Below the pieces are notes generated by a model. The model saw only the letters and a list, made by a program, of their open reading frames with translations, had not been told where the DNA came from and ran no database searches. DNA of 53,084 nucleotides. Origin: Chiloscyllium plagiosum (lineage: Eukaryota). The translations under genes and the position numbers were made by a program. Every line of letters starts with the position of its first letter. Position 1 is the first letter of the stretch. Location of the stretch: the NCBI RefSeq assembly GCF_004010195.1, contig NC_057750.1, forward strand, positions 11,445,122 through 11,498,205. The letters run 5' to 3'. Positions 1 to 53,084 of the stretch are shown one piece after another.

Positions 1-439
1 ATGTTCTACATGCAGTTTGGTTAATGTAAACTGGATATGGTGTACCTTTTATACCTTACATGGTATGATTAATATACACAGAGTGTTGCAGTTCTCCAGC
101 ATTCATTAGTGCTAAGTCTGGCAATGTTACTCCAAATACTTCAAACTGAAATAAATGGCATTATTTATGACAAACCTAGAGGCTTCCAATAAGTTTCCAT
201 CTTTTATATGTTTTCACCTACCTTGACTTGGATGACAACATTGATTGTGATTCTGAAAGTTATTGACTGGATGTCCTTTTGAGCTACTCCTTTCTCCATC
301 AATGTAACTACACTCAGTCCTCATTACTCACAAGGGATGGGGCTCAGACTTTCTACAGATAATAAATAATTAAAACATGAATACATTTAAGTGGTGTTTA
401 AGGCGCTTTGGGCATATAAGGGGCTTTTAGATTTGGGTG

Positions 440-910
440 TTCAAGTGTCTTTTAGACACACGCAAGCAAAGATATGGACACGCATGGATATGGACTATGG
501 ACAGGCAGAAAGTGTGGAAACTTAGAGTGTGGAAATAGGCCCTTCGGCCCAACAAGTCCACACCGACCCACTGAAGTGCGCCCACCCAGACCCATTCCCC
601 TACGTTTACCCCTGCACCTAACACTACGGGCAATTTAGCATGGCTAATTCAACTAACCTGCACATTTTTGGACTGTGGGAGGAAACCGGAGCACCCGGAG
701 GAAACCCACGCAGACACTGGGAGAATGTGCAAACTCCACACAGACAGTCACCTGAGGCGGGAATTGAATCCGGGTCTCTGGCGCGATGAGGCAGCAGTGC
801 TAACCACTGTGCCACCGTGCTGCCCACGATTAGTTTAACTTGGCGTCATGTTTGGCACAACATTGTGGGCCAAAGGGCCTCTTCCTGCGCCATACTGTTC
901 TATGTTCTAT
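440..910 (+). mobile_element. CR1-type LINE 3' end, split by an HE1 SINE
   Basis: ggatatggac...caggcaga | gattagtttaacttggcgtcatgtttggcac...gggccaaagggcct...ttctatgttctat is a CR1 3' tail that resumes after the SINE. Confidence 0.7.
521..825 (-). mobile_element. HE1/V-SINE-type tRNA-derived SINE, near full length
   Basis: Reverse complement begins GGGCAGCACGGTGGCACAGTGGTTAGCACTGCTGCCTCA (A box) with a degenerate B box (GATTCAATTCC), the V-domain TGTGGAGTTTGCACATTCTCCC and a CR1-like tail. Confidence 0.9.
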
Positions 911-1687
911 ATATTCCTGAGTATCATGAATCATCATGTGATGATTACCGAAGCAAATTGGACAAAACCATGGAGAAACAAAAATGGGTCTGGGCCAACC
1001 TCACAAGTGTTTGGACCGTCAGGCAGTAAATCAGTGGATAATGAGGACTGAGTGTATGCGCCTTGGGTAAGGGTCCTGTCACTGCACCAAATAAAATACG
1101 CAGAACAAAGCATGGCTAGATCCACATGTGTGGATGCACATCCACGTAAGTGTATGTGTTTATCAAGCTAATAAATGACACAAAACAGGAGACATTCAGC
1201 CTATCCTGCCTGTGTATGATCTTTGGTTGAACTATCCAATTAATTTCATCTCTCTGCCCGATCCTCATAACCCTGCAAATCAATTTCTTTCTAACATTGC
1301 TTCCAATTCCTTTTTGAATGTTACAATTGAATCTGCTTTTACTACCCTTTCATTCCAGATAATAATGACACACTGTGAAGTAAAATGTTTTCATGCTATT
1401 ACCTCTGGGCACCGATCCTTCTGCAAACAGTTTCTCATTTGTTCTTATCAAAATCCTTCACCATTAGAATTCTTTAAAATCTCCTCATCTCCTCAGCATT
1501 TGTATCGGAGTGTATGTCCACTAGTTCATTCTGAGTCAGTGTATATCCATGTCTACAATTAAAGTATATGTTTGCACTGTGGGCACATGAACATGTCTAC
1601 ACCATAAATAGAACAATGTTGCTCAAGCAAGACGAATTGCCTGTGGTCTTTTGAGTGACACTAACCTGTTTTATTTTCTCACTGCAG

Positions 1688-51529
<49,842 letters not shown>

Positions 51530-52924
51530 GTGAGTTACTGTTACAGGTGCTGAGAAAGAAAGTCAAACTCCATCAGTATAGATCAAAGTCCACAGCCTGT
51601 GGATATGGCCTTTTCTGATAAATATATTGCACCTAATGTATCAAAAGACACTCTAAGAATAAATTTCCCATCATATTATAATTATTCACTGTCTTCAAGG
51701 GCAGAAAAGGCTAAATGTAGTAGCCTACTTGTTCTGATCCCGGCAATCTGAAGGTCATTAGTTGAAAATCCACCGCATGAATTGCACTCAAAATTAGTTG
51801 TCTCTGGTTTAGCTAATACAGATAATAACTGTGTGTGACACCATGTGTGTTTGCTGTGGATTCTGTGTTCTTTCCTATTCAGTGTCATTGGATTGAACTT
51901 GATAATGTCACAAAGATCTGCTAACATGTCCAAGGTGGTAAATTTATTTCTGTGAAAAAAATTTTTTTAAAGCTGCAACAAATAAAATTAAGAGAAAAGA
52001 ATTAAGAAAACTAATAAAAATACATAATAGTGTTGGTCCAAGTGTGCATTTCACACTCCAATCCTTGCGATTCCCACTGGTCTTGAAGGTTTTTATTGTA
52101 CTGGGAGATGCTGCCTGTTCCTTCAGGGTCACCCAGACATAGACAAGATGGCAGAATACACGCAGGAAGCCAGAACAACCCCCCCATAGGCTGAACCCAT
52201 TGTGACTCTCAGTCCACTATCTTGGTATGTGGTTCTCTTTTGGCTCAGAACAGCTAGAAGTTGACACCAGATATTGCCTTGTCAGTGTTCATACACTCCA
52301 AGAATAAATTTCCCATCATATTATAATTATTCACTGACTTCAAGGACAGAAAAGGCTTGGTGACTTTGAACATCATGGTTTTGGCTGTTGTTCAGCTAAC
52401 TGCACCTCCAGTGGAGATGTGAACCTCTTTAATTTAAACTGGGTAACCAAAGCCAGCATTTAAATAGCAAAGAAAGATCAGGGCAAATACTTGTCTTCAC
52501 CTTCTCTGTATTAATTTGGCAGAGCACATGCTTGTTTCAGATCTTGGACAGGTTTCATTCTAATGAAACCTTGAAAGCCCACCAGGCTCTGTGCCAGATT
52601 AAACTGCAGGCATTAAAAATCCAGCCCATGGTCTGCCAACCTGGTACTAGTCCTTTCACCTGTTTCTACTGTGAACTGTGACAGCATCATTTTTATTTTT
52701 TTCCAAATCCACATCTATAGCTAGATGGATAAGTATGGGAACACCAGCAACTGCAAGTTCTCTTCCAAGTCACACACCATGCTGACCTGGAGATATATCA
52801 TCATTCCTTCACTGTCACACAATCAAAATCTTGAAATTTAGCTCTAGCAGCACTGTGAATGCACAAACACTATGTAAACAGCAGTGGTTCAAGAAGGCAA
52901 CTCACCATAACTTTGTCAAGGTTA

Positions 52925-53084
52925 AAAACAATGACTGCAGATGCTGGAAACCAGATTCTGGATCAATGGTGCTAGAAGAGCACAGCAGTTCAGGCAGCAT
53001 CCGAGGAGCTTCAGCAAAATCGACGTTTCAGGCAAAAGCCTTTCATCAGGAATAAAGGCAGAGAGCCTGAAGCGTGGAGAGATA
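52925..53084 (-). mobile_element. Penelope-like element, family B, terminal repeat (runs off the window)
   Basis: aaaacaatgactgcagatgctggaaacc...caggcagcatccgaggag...tcgacgtttcaggcaaaagcctttcatcaggaat; homologous to the 43312 and 48657 copies. Confidence 0.8.
53018..53053 (-). ncRNA. Minimal type I hammerhead ribozyme motif
   Basis: Minus strand AUUC-CUGAUGA-A-AGGC-UUUU-GCCU-GAAAC-GUC-GAUU: complete catalytic core, 4-bp stem II, palindromic ACGU in place of stem III, weak stem I. Confidence 0.7.

Overview
Vertebrate genomic DNA, very probably from a shark, since the repeats include HE1/V-SINE-type SINEs, Deu-type SINEs and abundant CR1 LINEs. The whole window lies inside one + strand gene, a GCK-I family Ste20 kinase best matching MAP4K1/HPK1. 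I reconstructed 21 GT-AG coding exons (1688-51529; 1810 nt, 603 codons, phase-consistent, no stops). They run from kinase subdomain VIb through the proline-rich linker (DDDYDDV, PPPLPPKPK) into the CNH domain, and both gene ends lie outside the window. The introns are dense with transposable elements: CR1, L2-like and Rex1 LINE fragments, at least four SINE families including a tRNA-Val-headed one, a truncated Mag-type Gypsy element with related solo LTRs, an inverted LTR pair and a Tigger-like MITE. Two Penelope-like families carry minimal hammerhead-ribozyme motifs in their terminal repeats, one of them with an intact core at ~53018-53053 (- strand). There is a 729-N assembly gap at 28498-29226. 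I see no clearly new biological system. The best leads are the hammerhead-bearing Penelope repeats, the unusual features of this HPK1 ortholog, the tRNA-Val element and several local inverted or templated duplications. All family names come from recalled consensus motifs, not database searches, and repeat boundaries are approximate.
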